Assembly (NCBI GenBank): GCA_049325335.1
Contig: JBMOMC010000006.1
Location: forward strand, 35,673 to 99,672
DNA from: Nitrospirota bacterium
GTDB lineage: Bacteria; Nitrospirota; Nitrospiria; 2-01-FULL-66-17
Direction of reading: 5' to 3'
Length of the DNA stretch: 64,000 nt
Shown here: piece after piece, positions 9,871 to 19,067 of the stretch
Position numbering within the stretch: the stretch's first letter is position 1
Layout of the letters: each line of letters begins with the position of its first letter
The notes under the pieces: model-generated
What the model was told of the DNA's origin: nothing
The model's input: only the letters and a program-made list of their open reading frames with translations
The model's database searches: none
Position numbers and translations under genes: made by a program

Positions 9871-10814
9871 GGAGGAACACTCAACGCGGCCTGTGGGCAC
9901 TGGGACTGCTGGTGATCGCCGGCGCGATCTGGGGTGCTTGGCGTTGGTTCGCACCAGCGGGCCTGCCGGAGGGCATCCTGGAGGGGTATGGGCGGATCGA
10001 GGGGACGGAAGTCACCGTGAGCAGCAAGGTGTCGGGCCGCATCGCGAAGTTGGCCGTTGCTGAAGGCGATCGTGTGGAGCAGGGCACGCTGATCGCGGAG
10101 CTGTCGGCCGATGAGATCGAGGCCCGCCTGGCCCAGGCCAGTGGCCGGTTGCTGGCCGCCGAGAAACAGGTCAAACAGCTGGCCGCGCGCCTTGCGACCC
10201 TCGAACACCATGCGTCCAAGGCGGAAACCGACCACCGGCGGTACCAGGCCCTGTTGCAGGAGGGCGCCGTCTCTACGCAGGAATTGGACCGATCGGAAAA
10301 CGCCGTGCGCGCCGCGGAAGGGGACGTGACGGCCGCCCGCGAACTCCTGTCTGCGGCCCGGGCGGAGGTGACCACCGCACGCGCCGCGCGGGATGAGGCC
10401 CAAGTGGCCGCGACCGAGACGCGCATCACCTCGCCGCTTGCAGGGACTGTCACCACCAAGCCGGTGGAGGCCGGCGAACTCGTGTTTCCGGGCAAGCCGA
10501 TCGTGGTCCTGGTGAATCTGAACCGACCGTACCTGCGGGTCTATTTGCCCGAACGCGACATCGGCAAGGTCAAGCTGGGTGATCCCGCGCGTGTGTACAT
10601 CGACTCGTTTCCCGATCGGCCGTTCGCGGCCACGGTGACCGAGGTCGCCAACAAAGCCGAGTTTACGCCCAAGGACGTGCACATGCCCGATGAGCGCGTG
10701 ACCCTGGTGTACAGCGTCAAGCTGGAGATCACCAATCCCGAGGGGATCCTGAAACCGGGCATGCCGGCCGATGCGCTCATCCGTTGGAAGCCGGATGCGG
10801 ACTGGGGCCGATAG
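9867..10814 (+). CDS. HlyD-family membrane fusion protein
   Basis: N-terminal TM, a long coiled-coil hairpin, barrel motifs ITSPLAGTV and PGMPADA, and the FTPKDVH motif typical of YbhG-type adaptors. The GTG start overlaps the tolC stop. Confidence 0.85.
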   Translation: MRRNTQRGLWALGLLVIAGAIWGAWRWFAPAGLPEGILEGYGRIEGTEVTVSSKVSGRIAKLAVAEGDRVEQGTLIAELSADEIEARLAQASGRLLAAEKQVKQLAARLATLEHHASKAETDHRRYQALLQEGAVSTQELDRSENAVRAAEGDVTAARELLSAARAEVTTARAARDEAQVAATETRITSPLAGTVTTKPVEAGELVFPGKPIVVLVNLNRPYLRVYLPERDIGKVKLGDPARVYIDSFPDRPFAATVTEVANKAEFTPKDVHMPDERVTLVYSVKLEITNPEGILKPGMPADALIRWKPDADWGR

Positions 10815-10818
10815 GCTC

Positions 10819-12747
10819 ATGGCCGAGCAATTCGTAATCGAGACGCGCGCCCTCACCCGCCGGTACCGCGAGCGCACGGCCGTGCAGGGGCTATCCCTTT
10901 CCGTTCGCCGCGGCGAAGTGTTCGGCCTGCTCGGTTCCGACGGCGCCGGTAAGACCACGACGCTGCAGATGCTCGCGGCCATCCTCGACCCCGCCGAAGG
11001 ATCGGCCACGGTGTTGGGGTACGACACGGTGCGCGAGGCGCCCGCGGTGACTGCTCGGCTCGGGTATATGTCGCAGACCTTCAGCCTCTACGGCCGGCTG
11101 TCGGTGGACGAGAACCTGGAGTTCTTCGCCGATCTCCATCGGGTGCCCGAACCGACACGAAGCGAGCGCACGCGGCGGTTGCTGGATTTCGCCCGCCTGG
11201 TGCCGCACCGCGGCCGGGCCGCGCGCCACCTGTCCGGTGGCATGCAAAAGAAACTCGCATTGTGTTGCGCCCTGATCCATCAGCCAGATCTCTTGATCCT
11301 GGACGAACCGACCACGGGCGTGGATCCGGTCTCGCGCCGCGAATTCTGGAATATTTTGTATCAAGCGCTTACCGCGGGAGCGACTATCGTGGTCTCCACG
11401 CCCTACATGGACGAGGCCGAGCGCTGCACGCGCGTGGCGTTGCTGCACGAAGGCCGACTTATCGCCTGCGACACCCCGGCGCGGCTACGCGCCGAACTGC
11501 CGGGCCGCATGCTCGCGATCAACGCGCGGCCGCAGCGTCAGGCGCTCGCGATCCTCCAGGAAACCCTGCCGAAGGCGCGTCCCTATGTGTTCGGCGAGAC
11601 CCTGCACCTTCACCAAGAAGAACAGATCATGTCGGACACGTCATTACAGGACTTGCTTATCTCGCGCGGCGTGACGGTCGCGCAGATCCGTCCGGTCAGT
11701 CCCAGTTTGGAGGACGTGTTCGTCAGGCGTCTGGCGGAGGCCGCACCGGTGTCTCCGCCGTCTCCGGTCGCGGTCTCCACCAGAACCGGCGCGGAGATCG
11801 CGGTGCAGGCACAGGATCTCACGATACGTTTCGACAGCTTCACGGCCGTCGACCGAGTCAGTTTATCGGTGCGGCGCGGGGAGATCTTCGGATTTCTGGG
11901 TCCCAACGGGTCGGGCAAGACCACCACCATCCGCATGTTGTGCGGGTTGCTCGCGCCAACGGAGGGGCGGGCCAAGGTGGCGGGATTTGATATCGGCCAA
12001 GAGCCTTCGGCGGTTAAGGCGCGCATCGGCTATATGTCACAGCGTTTCTCATTGTACGACGATATGACGGTGGACGAGAACCTCGCGTTTTTTTCCGGCG
12101 CTTACGGCGTGCCGGTCGCTGAGCTGCCCGCACGGCGCGAGTGGGCACTGATCTTGGCGGGGCTTGCGGGCTCGGAGTCGCGGCCGGTGCGCTCCCTCTC
12201 CGGCGGGGTGAAACAACGCCTGGCCCTGGCCTGCGCCGTGCTGCACGAACCGGAGGTGCTGTTTCTGGACGAGCCCACGGCGGGCGTTGATCCGCTGTCC
12301 CGGCGCCGCTTTTGGGAGCTGATCTACCACTTGTCCGATCGGGGCGTGACCGTGTTCGTCACCACGCATTACATGGACGAGGCGGAGCACTGCCACACCC
12401 TCGGGTTGCTCTACTCCGGGCGTCTGATCGCCCTGGGTTCGCCACAGGCGCTGCGGGACGGTATGCGCGCCGGAGAAATGCTGGAGTTGGAGTGCGATCA
12501 ACCGATCCAGGCGCTGGCGATTTTTCAAGAGGCAGAAGGGATCCGAGCCTCCTTCTTCGGCGATCGGCTGCATCTCCTGGTCGACGACGCGGAGGCGGCG
12601 AGGCCGCGGATACTCGATCGCCTGCAGCGGGAAGGCCATCGGGTCCACCGGGTCGAGCGCGTGCCCTTGAGCATCGAGGACGTGTTCATCGCCTTCATCG
12701 AGATGGAGCAGGCTCGTCTCGAAGCGGCAAACGCGCGGGGAGGGTAG
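10819..12747 (+). CDS. ABC transporter ATP-binding protein with two fused ATPase domains (YbhF-like)
   Basis: Two full sets of motifs: Walker A GSDGAGKTT / GPNGSGKTT, signature LSGGMQKK / LSGGVKQR, and Walker B LILDEPT / LFLDEPT. The start is at ATG 10819. Confidence 0.9.
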   Translation: MAEQFVIETRALTRRYRERTAVQGLSLSVRRGEVFGLLGSDGAGKTTTLQMLAAILDPAEGSATVLGYDTVREAPAVTARLGYMSQTFSLYGRLSVDENLEFFADLHRVPEPTRSERTRRLLDFARLVPHRGRAARHLSGGMQKKLALCCALIHQPDLLILDEPTTGVDPVSRREFWNILYQALTAGATIVVSTPYMDEAERCTRVALLHEGRLIACDTPARLRAELPGRMLAINARPQRQALAILQETLPKARPYVFGETLHLHQEEQIMSDTSLQDLLISRGVTVAQIRPVSPSLEDVFVRRLAEAAPVSPPSPVAVSTRTGAEIAVQAQDLTIRFDSFTAVDRVSLSVRRGEIFGFLGPNGSGKTTTIRMLCGLLAPTEGRAKVAGFDIGQEPSAVKARIGYMSQRFSLYDDMTVDENLAFFSGAYGVPVAELPARREWALILAGLAGSESRPVRSLSGGVKQRLALACAVLHEPEVLFLDEPTAGVDPLSRRRFWELIYHLSDRGVTVFVTTHYMDEAEHCHTLGLLYSGRLIALGSPQALRDGMRAGEMLELECDQPIQALAIFQEAEGIRASFFGDRLHLLVDDAEAARPRILDRLQREGHRVHRVERVPLSIEDVFIAFIEMEQARLEAANARGG

Positions 12748-12894
12748 CCTGAGACCCCCGCAAAACAAGAAGTTTGGCTTCAGACGAGGCGCGGCGCAGC
12801 TGAGCAGCGGAGCATACACGACAGTATGTGAGCAGCGGAAACAAGCCGCAACGAAGTATCAAGACAACATCCGCAGTTTTGCGGGGGTCTCAGG
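12748..12894. repeat. 147-nt intergenic element bounded by perfect 19-bp terminal inverted repeats
   Basis: CCTGAGACCCCCGCAAAAC (12748-12766) is the exact reverse complement of GTTTTGCGGGGGTCTCAGG (12876-12894). The element abuts the TAG of the ATPase gene and the ATG of the permease gene. Inside it, GAGCAGCGGA occurs twice around a CATAC/GTATG hairpin. Confidence 0.85.
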
Positions 12895-13998
12895 ATGAGA
12901 AGCCTGATCGGTGCGGTGATCTGGAAGGAGGTGCGCGAGATCCGCCGCGACCCCGTGATCATCTGGGTGGCCGCGGTCCTGCCGCTCATCATGCTCTACC
13001 TGTACGGCTCAGCCCTGTCGCTTGACGTCAAAGACGCGGCGCTCGCGGTCTACGACCAGGACAAGAGTCCCGAGAGCCGTGCCCTGATCGACGCGTTTCC
13101 GCATTCGGGCTATTTCCGCCTCGCCCACGAGATCCGCGCGAACGCGGACATCGGGCCGCTGCTTGATCGGGGCCGGGCGCGGCTGGTATTGGTGATCCCG
13201 AGCGATTTCTCCGAGCACCTCGCGGCCGGCGAGACCGCCATGGTCCAGACGCTGGTCGACGGCTCGTTTTCCGCGACGGCCATGGTGATCGCGGGGTACG
13301 CCGCCGCCATCATCCAGAACTACAACGTGGAGCGGACACACCACATACCCGCCCCCATCACCGTGGAAAGCCGCGTATGGTTCAACGCGCCGCTCAAGAG
13401 CGTGAACTACATCGTGCCGGGCTTGTTTGGGGTCATCCTGATGGCGTTCCCGCCGCTGCTCACGGCGCTCGCGGTGGTGCGAGAAAAGGAGGCGGGATCG
13501 GTGCAACAAATCTTCGTCTCGCCGATCCGGCCGTACCAGTTCATCGCCGGGAAGATGGTGCCGTACGCCGTCATCGCCTTCCTGGAGATGCTCCTGATCC
13601 TGGTTGCCGGTCTGTGGGGGTTCGGGATTCCGTTTCAGGGGAGCCTGCCGCTGTTTCTCGCCGCCACCACGATTTACGTCTTCTGCACGGTGGGCCTTGG
13701 CCTGTTGATCTCCACGGTCACGCGCAGCCAACTCGTGGCCATGCTGCTCGCGCTCATCGTGACCCTCATGCCCTCGTTCTTGTTCTCCGGGTTTCTGTTC
13801 CCGATCTTCACCATGCCGAAGATGATGCAGATGTACACGTATCTGTTCCCGGCGCGCTATTTCATCGAAATTGTTCGCGGCATCGTCATGAAGGACGTGG
13901 GCCTGGAGTTTCTGTGGCCGCAGTTTCTCCTGCTCGTCGTCTACACGACGGTCGTCTTCACTGTCGCCACCCTGCAGTTTCACAAGAAGATGGCCTGA
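12895..13998 (+). CDS. ABC-2 type transporter permease (YbhS-like)
   Basis: N-terminal TM, a large periplasmic loop, then five TM segments. It belongs to the ABC-2 family by architecture and operon context. Confidence 0.85.
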   Translation: MRSLIGAVIWKEVREIRRDPVIIWVAAVLPLIMLYLYGSALSLDVKDAALAVYDQDKSPESRALIDAFPHSGYFRLAHEIRANADIGPLLDRGRARLVLVIPSDFSEHLAAGETAMVQTLVDGSFSATAMVIAGYAAAIIQNYNVERTHHIPAPITVESRVWFNAPLKSVNYIVPGLFGVILMAFPPLLTALAVVREKEAGSVQQIFVSPIRPYQFIAGKMVPYAVIAFLEMLLILVAGLWGFGIPFQGSLPLFLAATTIYVFCTVGLGLLISTVTRSQLVAMLLALIVTLMPSFLFSGFLFPIFTMPKMMQMYTYLFPARYFIEIVRGIVMKDVGLEFLWPQFLLLVVYTTVVFTVATLQFHKKMA

Positions 13999-15116
13999 TG
14001 ATCAATACGGCACGCCTGGCAGCGGTCATGCGCAAGGAGTTGATTCAGTTTCTACGGGACCGCTTCATGCTGCTCCTGATTGTCTTCCTGTATACGGCCG
14101 AGATCCTGATGTGCACCTATGCCTTGTCGTTCGACGTGCGCCACCTGCCCACGGTGGTGGCCGACTTCGACCGCTCCGCCGCGAGCCGCCTGCTCACCGA
14201 GCGGTTCCGCAGCTCGGGATATTTCGACATCAATCACCAGACGACGCGTGACGCTGACCTGGCCGCCCTCCTCAATCGGGGCGAGGCCCTGGCGGCGCTG
14301 GTGATCCCCCCGGAATTTTCTCGGCATTTGGCAGCCGGGACGCCGGTGTCGGTGCAGCTCCTGCTCGACGGGGCTAACGCCAATACGGCGAGCGTGGCCC
14401 AGGGATACGCCCAACGCATCGTGCAAGCGTACGCCCTGGATCGCCTCCAGGCGTTCGCACCCGAACCATTGGCCTTGTCGGTCGAGCACCGGCCGCGTAT
14501 CTGGTACAACTCCGAGCTCAAGTACGCCTACTTCATGGTGCTGTCCATGATCGCCCTGGCCGGGATGATGGTCGGGGTGATCACCGCGGCGGCCGGCATC
14601 GTACGCGAGAAGGAGTCCGGCACCATCGAACAGATGCTGGTTACGCCGGTCAGACCTGCCGAACTGCTCGCGGCCAAGATGCTGCCCACCCTGCTTGTCG
14701 GATTGCTGGCGCTCGTGCCGAGCCTACTCATTGCCGCGTGGATCGGCGTGCCGATGCGCGGGAGCCTGGCGCTGTTCTTTCTCCTCTCCGCCGTGTTCCT
14801 GGTCAGCAGCATGGGCATCGGTATCCTGGTCGCGACCTTCGCGGACACCTTGCAGCAGGCGTTGTTGATGTCGTTCTTCGCCCTGTTTCCCATCCTGTTC
14901 CTGTCCGGAACCCTGGTGCCGGTGGAGAGTATGCCGGTGTGGCTCCAATACCTCGCGGAGCTGAGCCCGCTGACGCACTATATGGACGCCACGCTGGGGA
15001 TCTTCCTCAAGGGCGTTGGGATGGAAGTCCTGTGGCATCCACTTGCCGCGATCTCTTTGATTGCGTCAGCACTGTTGGCCGGTGGGATTTTGCAACTGCG
15101 GCGTCGTATGCGTTAG
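13998..15116 (+). CDS. ABC-2 type transporter permease (YbhR-like)
   Basis: The true start is ATG 13998 (MINTARLAAVMRKE), which overlaps the previous stop (ATGA). It is a paralogue of the preceding permease. The 5' part of track ORF 13377..15116 is out-of-frame read-through. Confidence 0.85.
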   Translation: MINTARLAAVMRKELIQFLRDRFMLLLIVFLYTAEILMCTYALSFDVRHLPTVVADFDRSAASRLLTERFRSSGYFDINHQTTRDADLAALLNRGEALAALVIPPEFSRHLAAGTPVSVQLLLDGANANTASVAQGYAQRIVQAYALDRLQAFAPEPLALSVEHRPRIWYNSELKYAYFMVLSMIALAGMMVGVITAAAGIVREKESGTIEQMLVTPVRPAELLAAKMLPTLLVGLLALVPSLLIAAWIGVPMRGSLALFFLLSAVFLVSSMGIGILVATFADTLQQALLMSFFALFPILFLSGTLVPVESMPVWLQYLAELSPLTHYMDATLGIFLKGVGMEVLWHPLAAISLIASALLAGGILQLRRRMR

Positions 15117-15152
15117 AACGAGAGCGTTTGGATTCAACAAGGAGACACGACC

Positions 15153-15302
15153 ATGGAAAAAGATCCGGTGTGCGGGATGCTGGTGGACGAGAAAAGAGCC
15201 GCGGCCACCAGCAGCTACAAGGGGAAGTCCTTCTGGTTTTGCTCCGCGTCGTGCAAAGAGAAGTTCGAGAAGGATCCCGGAAGGTTTATCACACAACCAT
15301 AG
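15153..15302 (+). CDS. YHS-domain (TRASH-like) metal-binding protein, 49 aa
   Basis: Not in the ORF track because it is under 60 aa. Product: MEKDPVCGMLVDEKRAAATSSYKGKSFWFCSASCKEKFEKDPGRFITQP. It shows the classic YHS pattern DPVCGM...FCS..C...F. GGAGA lies upstream. Confidence 0.7.
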   Translation: MEKDPVCGMLVDEKRAAATSSYKGKSFWFCSASCKEKFEKDPGRFITQP

Positions 15303-15315
15303 AGGAGGAACTCAC

Positions 15316-15636
15316 ATGAAGATCCGGACAATCGGAGCGCTGGTGTTTGCCCTGCCCATTGTGGTCGCCCCCGTGGTATCCGCCCAGATGATGGGCGGGG
15401 GGACGGAGATGAAGGGGGGAGAGATGGGGATGATGAAGGGCATGGACCGGGACCAGATGATGCACGAGATGATGGGCATGATGCGCACCATGATGAAACG
15501 GATGGAGGGGATGACGCAGGATCAACAAATGAAGCGCGAAATGGGCGACATGATGAAGCAGATGGACGAGATGATGAAACAGCACGAAGCGATGATGAAA
15601 GGGCCTGGCATGATGCAGAAGGGATCGCCGAAATAG
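15316..15636 (+). CDS. Secreted methionine-rich protein (putative periplasmic Cu(I)/Ag(I) binder)
   Basis: AGGAGG lies 7 nt upstream of ATG 15316. The signal peptide is MKIRTIGALVFALPIVVAPVVSA. I counted 28 Met in 83 mature residues, mostly as MM / MxxM pairs. Confidence 0.7.
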   Translation: MKIRTIGALVFALPIVVAPVVSAQMMGGGTEMKGGEMGMMKGMDRDQMMHEMMGMMRTMMKRMEGMTQDQQMKREMGDMMKQMDEMMKQHEAMMKGPGMMQKGSPK

Positions 15637-15670
15637 ACGACGAAGCAGGCCACTTGGAGGCCAACGGGAT

Positions 15671-16426
15671 GTGAATCAGCCCGGCCTGATCCCACACAAT
15701 ACACGGTTGACGCTCCGGGGCTTGCCGATCAGCATTCGGTGGCTGTTGAGCTGCTTCCTCGTCACCATCGGGCTGGGTTATCTCCTTGCCTTGACCTACC
15801 TCTTTCTGTTGGACGTCGAGCCTCATCGGACGATGGGGATGAACCTGGTCCAGGCGACGATCGTGAAGTATTACGGGAACCGAGGAGATACGCGGCTGGA
15901 GGCTGCCCTGAACGGCTCGATGGCGGGGAACATTGACTCGGCCGAAAAGTCCGACGTGATCGTATGGATACGCAACGGCGCATCAGCCACAGAATATGAA
16001 AAGGTCCAGCCGTTGTTTGCGAAAAACTGCGTGTCCTGCCACAGCAAGGATTCCGGCTATCCCGTTCCACCGCTGACGAGTTATGAGGAAGTCCGCAAAT
16101 TCGCTGAGGTGGATGTGGGACAATCCGTGCGTACGTTGGCCCGTGTCAGCCACGTCCATTTGTTCGGCATCGGTTTCTTGTTTCTTTTGACCGGCTCCAT
16201 TTTCGCGCTGAGCCAGATCAATAAACGGCTGCGTCTGGCCATTGTGGCTCTTCCCTTCATCGCGATCTGGCTGGACATCGGATCCTGGTGGTTCACAAAG
16301 TATCAGCCGGTCTTCGCGTACACCGTGGTGATCGGAGGTGCGTTGATGAGCCTGGCGCTCGCGGCCCAGATCCTGATCTCGCTCTGGGAAATGTGGTTGA
16401 AAACAGAAGCCACGGAGACGACCTGA
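15671..16426 (+). CDS. Integral membrane protein with an extracytoplasmic CxxCH motif
   Basis: GTG start. The layout is one TM segment, a soluble loop containing FAKNCVSCHS (a c-type haem-attachment-like motif), then three or four more TM segments. No family was recognised. Confidence 0.5.
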   Translation: MNQPGLIPHNTRLTLRGLPISIRWLLSCFLVTIGLGYLLALTYLFLLDVEPHRTMGMNLVQATIVKYYGNRGDTRLEAALNGSMAGNIDSAEKSDVIVWIRNGASATEYEKVQPLFAKNCVSCHSKDSGYPVPPLTSYEEVRKFAEVDVGQSVRTLARVSHVHLFGIGFLFLLTGSIFALSQINKRLRLAIVALPFIAIWLDIGSWWFTKYQPVFAYTVVIGGALMSLALAAQILISLWEMWLKTEATETT

Positions 16427-16474
16427 GTGCTTTTGGTTGTAGACATCGCGGACGCAGTTCTCCAATACTGACGC

Positions 16475-17428
16475 ATGAGATCGCCTCGGATCGGCGTGGT
16501 GCTGAGTTCGGGTGGCACACGAGGCGTCTACGCGCACACCGGCTTTCTGATCGCGCTGGAACGCCTGGGTGTTCCAATTGCTGCTGCCACGGGATCAAGC
16601 GCCGGGGCGGTCGTTGGCGCCATGGCCGCAAGCGGGACCGATATGATGGCGTGGTCGGAGACCATCGCCCATATCGCCCCCGCGCGATTTTGGCGACCAG
16701 ACCCGCTGCTGTATGTGCTGTGGCAGTTCCTGGTCCGTCGCGGGCGAGGCTATACCGGATTATCCGGTACTGACGCGGCGATTGAGTTCTGCCGCGGCCA
16801 GTTGGCGGTTCAGACGTTTGAAGAATGCCGGTACCCGTTTTACGCCTTGGCCGTCAGTCTCGGTCGAGGACGCAAGGTCGTCTTTTCGCAGGGACAACTG
16901 GCGCCGCGTATCGTGGCCAGCGCCGCCGCGCCGGTTCTGTACCGTCCGGTCGAGATCGAGGGGGATTGGTACTGCGATGGCGCCCTCGCTGATCTGGCTC
17001 CAACGGACGCCATCTGCTGTAAACACAACCTGGACGCACTGATCGTACATCACGTCTCAAGTCGCTATGAGGGGCAGAAGGATCTCAAGCGTATCAGCGA
17101 AGGCCCATGGTCCATGTTTCGTATACTGGAACGGCTGCTGTTCCGCCGGCGGCCATGGTATCTGTCCGATGAGCGGCTGGGCTTTCGGCGATGTCCGTGC
17201 GGTTGCGGAGCCGTCGTGGTTGTGGTGGAACCGCAATTGCCTGAACTTCAGTGGACCCCTGATAAGAGCGGTCCCCGGATCCAAAAGACGGCCATGGAAC
17301 AAACCCAAGCATTCTTGGCACCTCATGTGGATGCCCTATTGAGCGATCCGAAAAATCGTTTGCCGCCGGGGCACACCGATCGTCCTGACCACACTCTGAC
17401 GGAGGAGACCTTTCGACCACCCGATTGA
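16475..17428 (+). CDS. Patatin-like phospholipase
   Basis: Oxyanion SSGGTRG, nucleophile elbow GSSAGA (GxSxG) and the catalytic Asp in CDGAL. Confidence 0.85.
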   Translation: MRSPRIGVVLSSGGTRGVYAHTGFLIALERLGVPIAAATGSSAGAVVGAMAASGTDMMAWSETIAHIAPARFWRPDPLLYVLWQFLVRRGRGYTGLSGTDAAIEFCRGQLAVQTFEECRYPFYALAVSLGRGRKVVFSQGQLAPRIVASAAAPVLYRPVEIEGDWYCDGALADLAPTDAICCKHNLDALIVHHVSSRYEGQKDLKRISEGPWSMFRILERLLFRRRPWYLSDERLGFRRCPCGCGAVVVVVEPQLPELQWTPDKSGPRIQKTAMEQTQAFLAPHVDALLSDPKNRLPPGHTDRPDHTLTEETFRPPD

Positions 17429-17477
17429 TCACTTGTCTGAGACCTTCCTGACGGCGGACGGGGGGAGTACCGCCGTG

Positions 17478-19067
17478 TTAGGGTGAGTGGTGCGATGTCT
17501 GTGCGGGCAGGTACTGCAGGCTCCTCTTGAGCGATGCGAGTACCGGCGTCCGCGAGACATCTTCCTCGGCGCAGGCGCCCAGGAGCCGTTCGATGGCTGA
17601 TCGCAGATCCGCGACAGCGTCGTCCGGCGTCCCAGCCGCCTGCGCCAACATCCGGTAAGTCCGGCGGGCCTGCTCCAAGAGCGTCTTGGCCCGCCGGAGG
17701 CGCTCTCCTTTGGCCATCGTGGCCAGTGCGGCGAAGAGCGCGCGTCGCAGGGCGTCCCGGTTCGGCAAGGCCCGATACACTTGCCTGGCCTCGCCCAGAT
17801 CCGCGAAGCCGCCCCAGGTGAGGATCTGGGGCCGATAGCCGGTGCGTGGCCGCTCCGCCGCGACGCTGGATCCCCGAAACCCGCCGTAACGGGATTCGAA
17901 GAGTGCCAGCGCCGCGACCCGCTTTGCCCCTGCAGGTTCGACGCCCACCGGTCGCATCCCGGTCCGAAACGTCTTCACGAAGATCTCCACGACGGGATCG
18001 GATTTCCTCTCCCGCCGTCGTTTCACGGCTCGCTTCAAGAAACTGAAGAGCCGCGACGCGTAGAAGTCTTCCATGAAGCGATCGAGCCGGCCGAATCGAG
18101 CCGTCGCGTCGTCCGCTGCGAGTCCCGCAAAGGCAAGTGCCTGGGCCTTGTAGCTCGGATGATTCATCCGGCCGTAGGCTACGGCCGCCACCTCCGCAAC
18201 GACTTCCGCCGGCACGGTCGTCGGAGCCTGTTTGTTCCGAACGAACGCCGCTGAGGCCCGGCACACGTCCAGGTGCAGCCGGTAGAACCGGGCCCGCTCG
18301 GTTCGCGCCAGATCCCGCAGTGGCGCTTGGTCCAGGTGCCAAGCCTGCGCGATGTAGGGGAGCTTCCGATTGAGCTGGGCTTCAAACACCCCTTGTTCGG
18401 GGTGAAAGAAGCTCGACTCTTTCATCAGCACCCGCAGCACGCGCCGCCGCTGGTCCCGGAAGAGCCGCACCGGCCGCAGATCAGAGGGCAGGATGCCCGA
18501 GCCCATGACGCGCTGAGGATCGCCGTCCGGATCCTGTGTGAAGAACAGAAAATCGTCTTCAGACAGGCCCGATAGCCACCGGCTGACTTCCTCTTGCGTC
18601 GAAGAGTCGGTCTCCATCCACCGATCGCCGACCAGGCTCCACAACAGCGCCAGCGCCGACACCGGCCGATCAGGATCCACGAGCGCCGAGGCCGCCGCCC
18701 TCCGGTACAGCGGATTGCGGCGCCGCGCGAAGAACGCGGACACGAGCTGACGGTGTGCCGTCATGAAGCGCTCGGCCCGCTCTTCCGCTTCCTCAGCCAG
18801 TTCCTCCACGTGGAAGCCTTCGCGGAGTGCGGCGAACCCGGTGGCGTCGTCCCGGTCGACGAGCCGCTCGTCCGGGCCTTCGAACACTTCCCAGACGAAC
18901 TGGCCCCTCGCGGCATCCGGGGCGCGATGGGACAGGACCTGAACCGATGGTTCAGGTGATAGGAACGCCCGTTCATAGACACCGGATGCGTTCCCCACGG
19001 AATCTTCTCCGGCCTCCAGGCTGTATCCGTCTGGAGACCCCAGGCATGAGCGATGGTCTTCGTCCAT
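17478..19067 (-). CDS. Hypothetical protein, about 529 aa, no recognisable domain
   Basis: Long ORF with coding-like composition. I prefer the start at MDEDHRS (19067) to the Arg/Pro-rich extension reaching 19181. No motifs were recognised. Confidence 0.45.
   Translation of the reverse strand: MDEDHRSCLGSPDGYSLEAGEDSVGNASGVYERAFLSPEPSVQVLSHRAPDAARGQFVWEVFEGPDERLVDRDDATGFAALREGFHVEELAEEAEERAERFMTAHRQLVSAFFARRRNPLYRRAAASALVDPDRPVSALALLWSLVGDRWMETDSSTQEEVSRWLSGLSEDDFLFFTQDPDGDPQRVMGSGILPSDLRPVRLFRDQRRRVLRVLMKESSFFHPEQGVFEAQLNRKLPYIAQAWHLDQAPLRDLARTERARFYRLHLDVCRASAAFVRNKQAPTTVPAEVVAEVAAVAYGRMNHPSYKAQALAFAGLAADDATARFGRLDRFMEDFYASRLFSFLKRAVKRRRERKSDPVVEIFVKTFRTGMRPVGVEPAGAKRVAALALFESRYGGFRGSSVAAERPRTGYRPQILTWGGFADLGEARQVYRALPNRDALRRALFAALATMAKGERLRRAKTLLEQARRTYRMLAQAAGTPDDAVADLRSAIERLLGACAEEDVSRTPVLASLKRSLQYLPAQTSHHSP

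Noticed and set aside
8467-9954. Very long antisense or shadow ORFs opposite confident genes. Examples: 8467..9954(-) 495 aa, 55286..57082(-) 598 aa, 41258..42640(-) 460 aa, 25117..26550(-) 477 aa, 5477..6625(-) 382 aa, 9777..11027(-) 416 aa, 33892..35019(-) 375 aa, 30506..31468(-) 320 aa, 62616..63791(-) 391 aa, 13009..13983(-) 324 aa.
   Set aside because: Each lies entirely opposite a gene with strong family motifs. Their translations are Arg/Gly/Pro/His-rich low-complexity sequence typical of stop-poor antisense frames in high-GC DNA, and none shows a recognisable motif.
13377-13997. N-terminal extensions of track ORFs that begin inside the preceding gene: 13377, 7526, 19053, 20730, 52427, 53422, 54734, 57037, 51266, 10771, 15061.
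   Set aside because: The extended parts overlap upstream genes out of frame and translate to Arg/Pro/Gly-rich sequence. Internal ATG or GTG starts with an SD or stop-start overlaps, followed by signal peptides or conserved N-termini, fit much better.
16475-17428. The patatin-like phospholipase as a CBASS or other cyclic-nucleotide defence effector.
   Set aside because: There is no CD-NTase/cyclase, SAVED, or E1/E2/JAB gene nearby. The gene has host-like composition and sits in a core-gene context.
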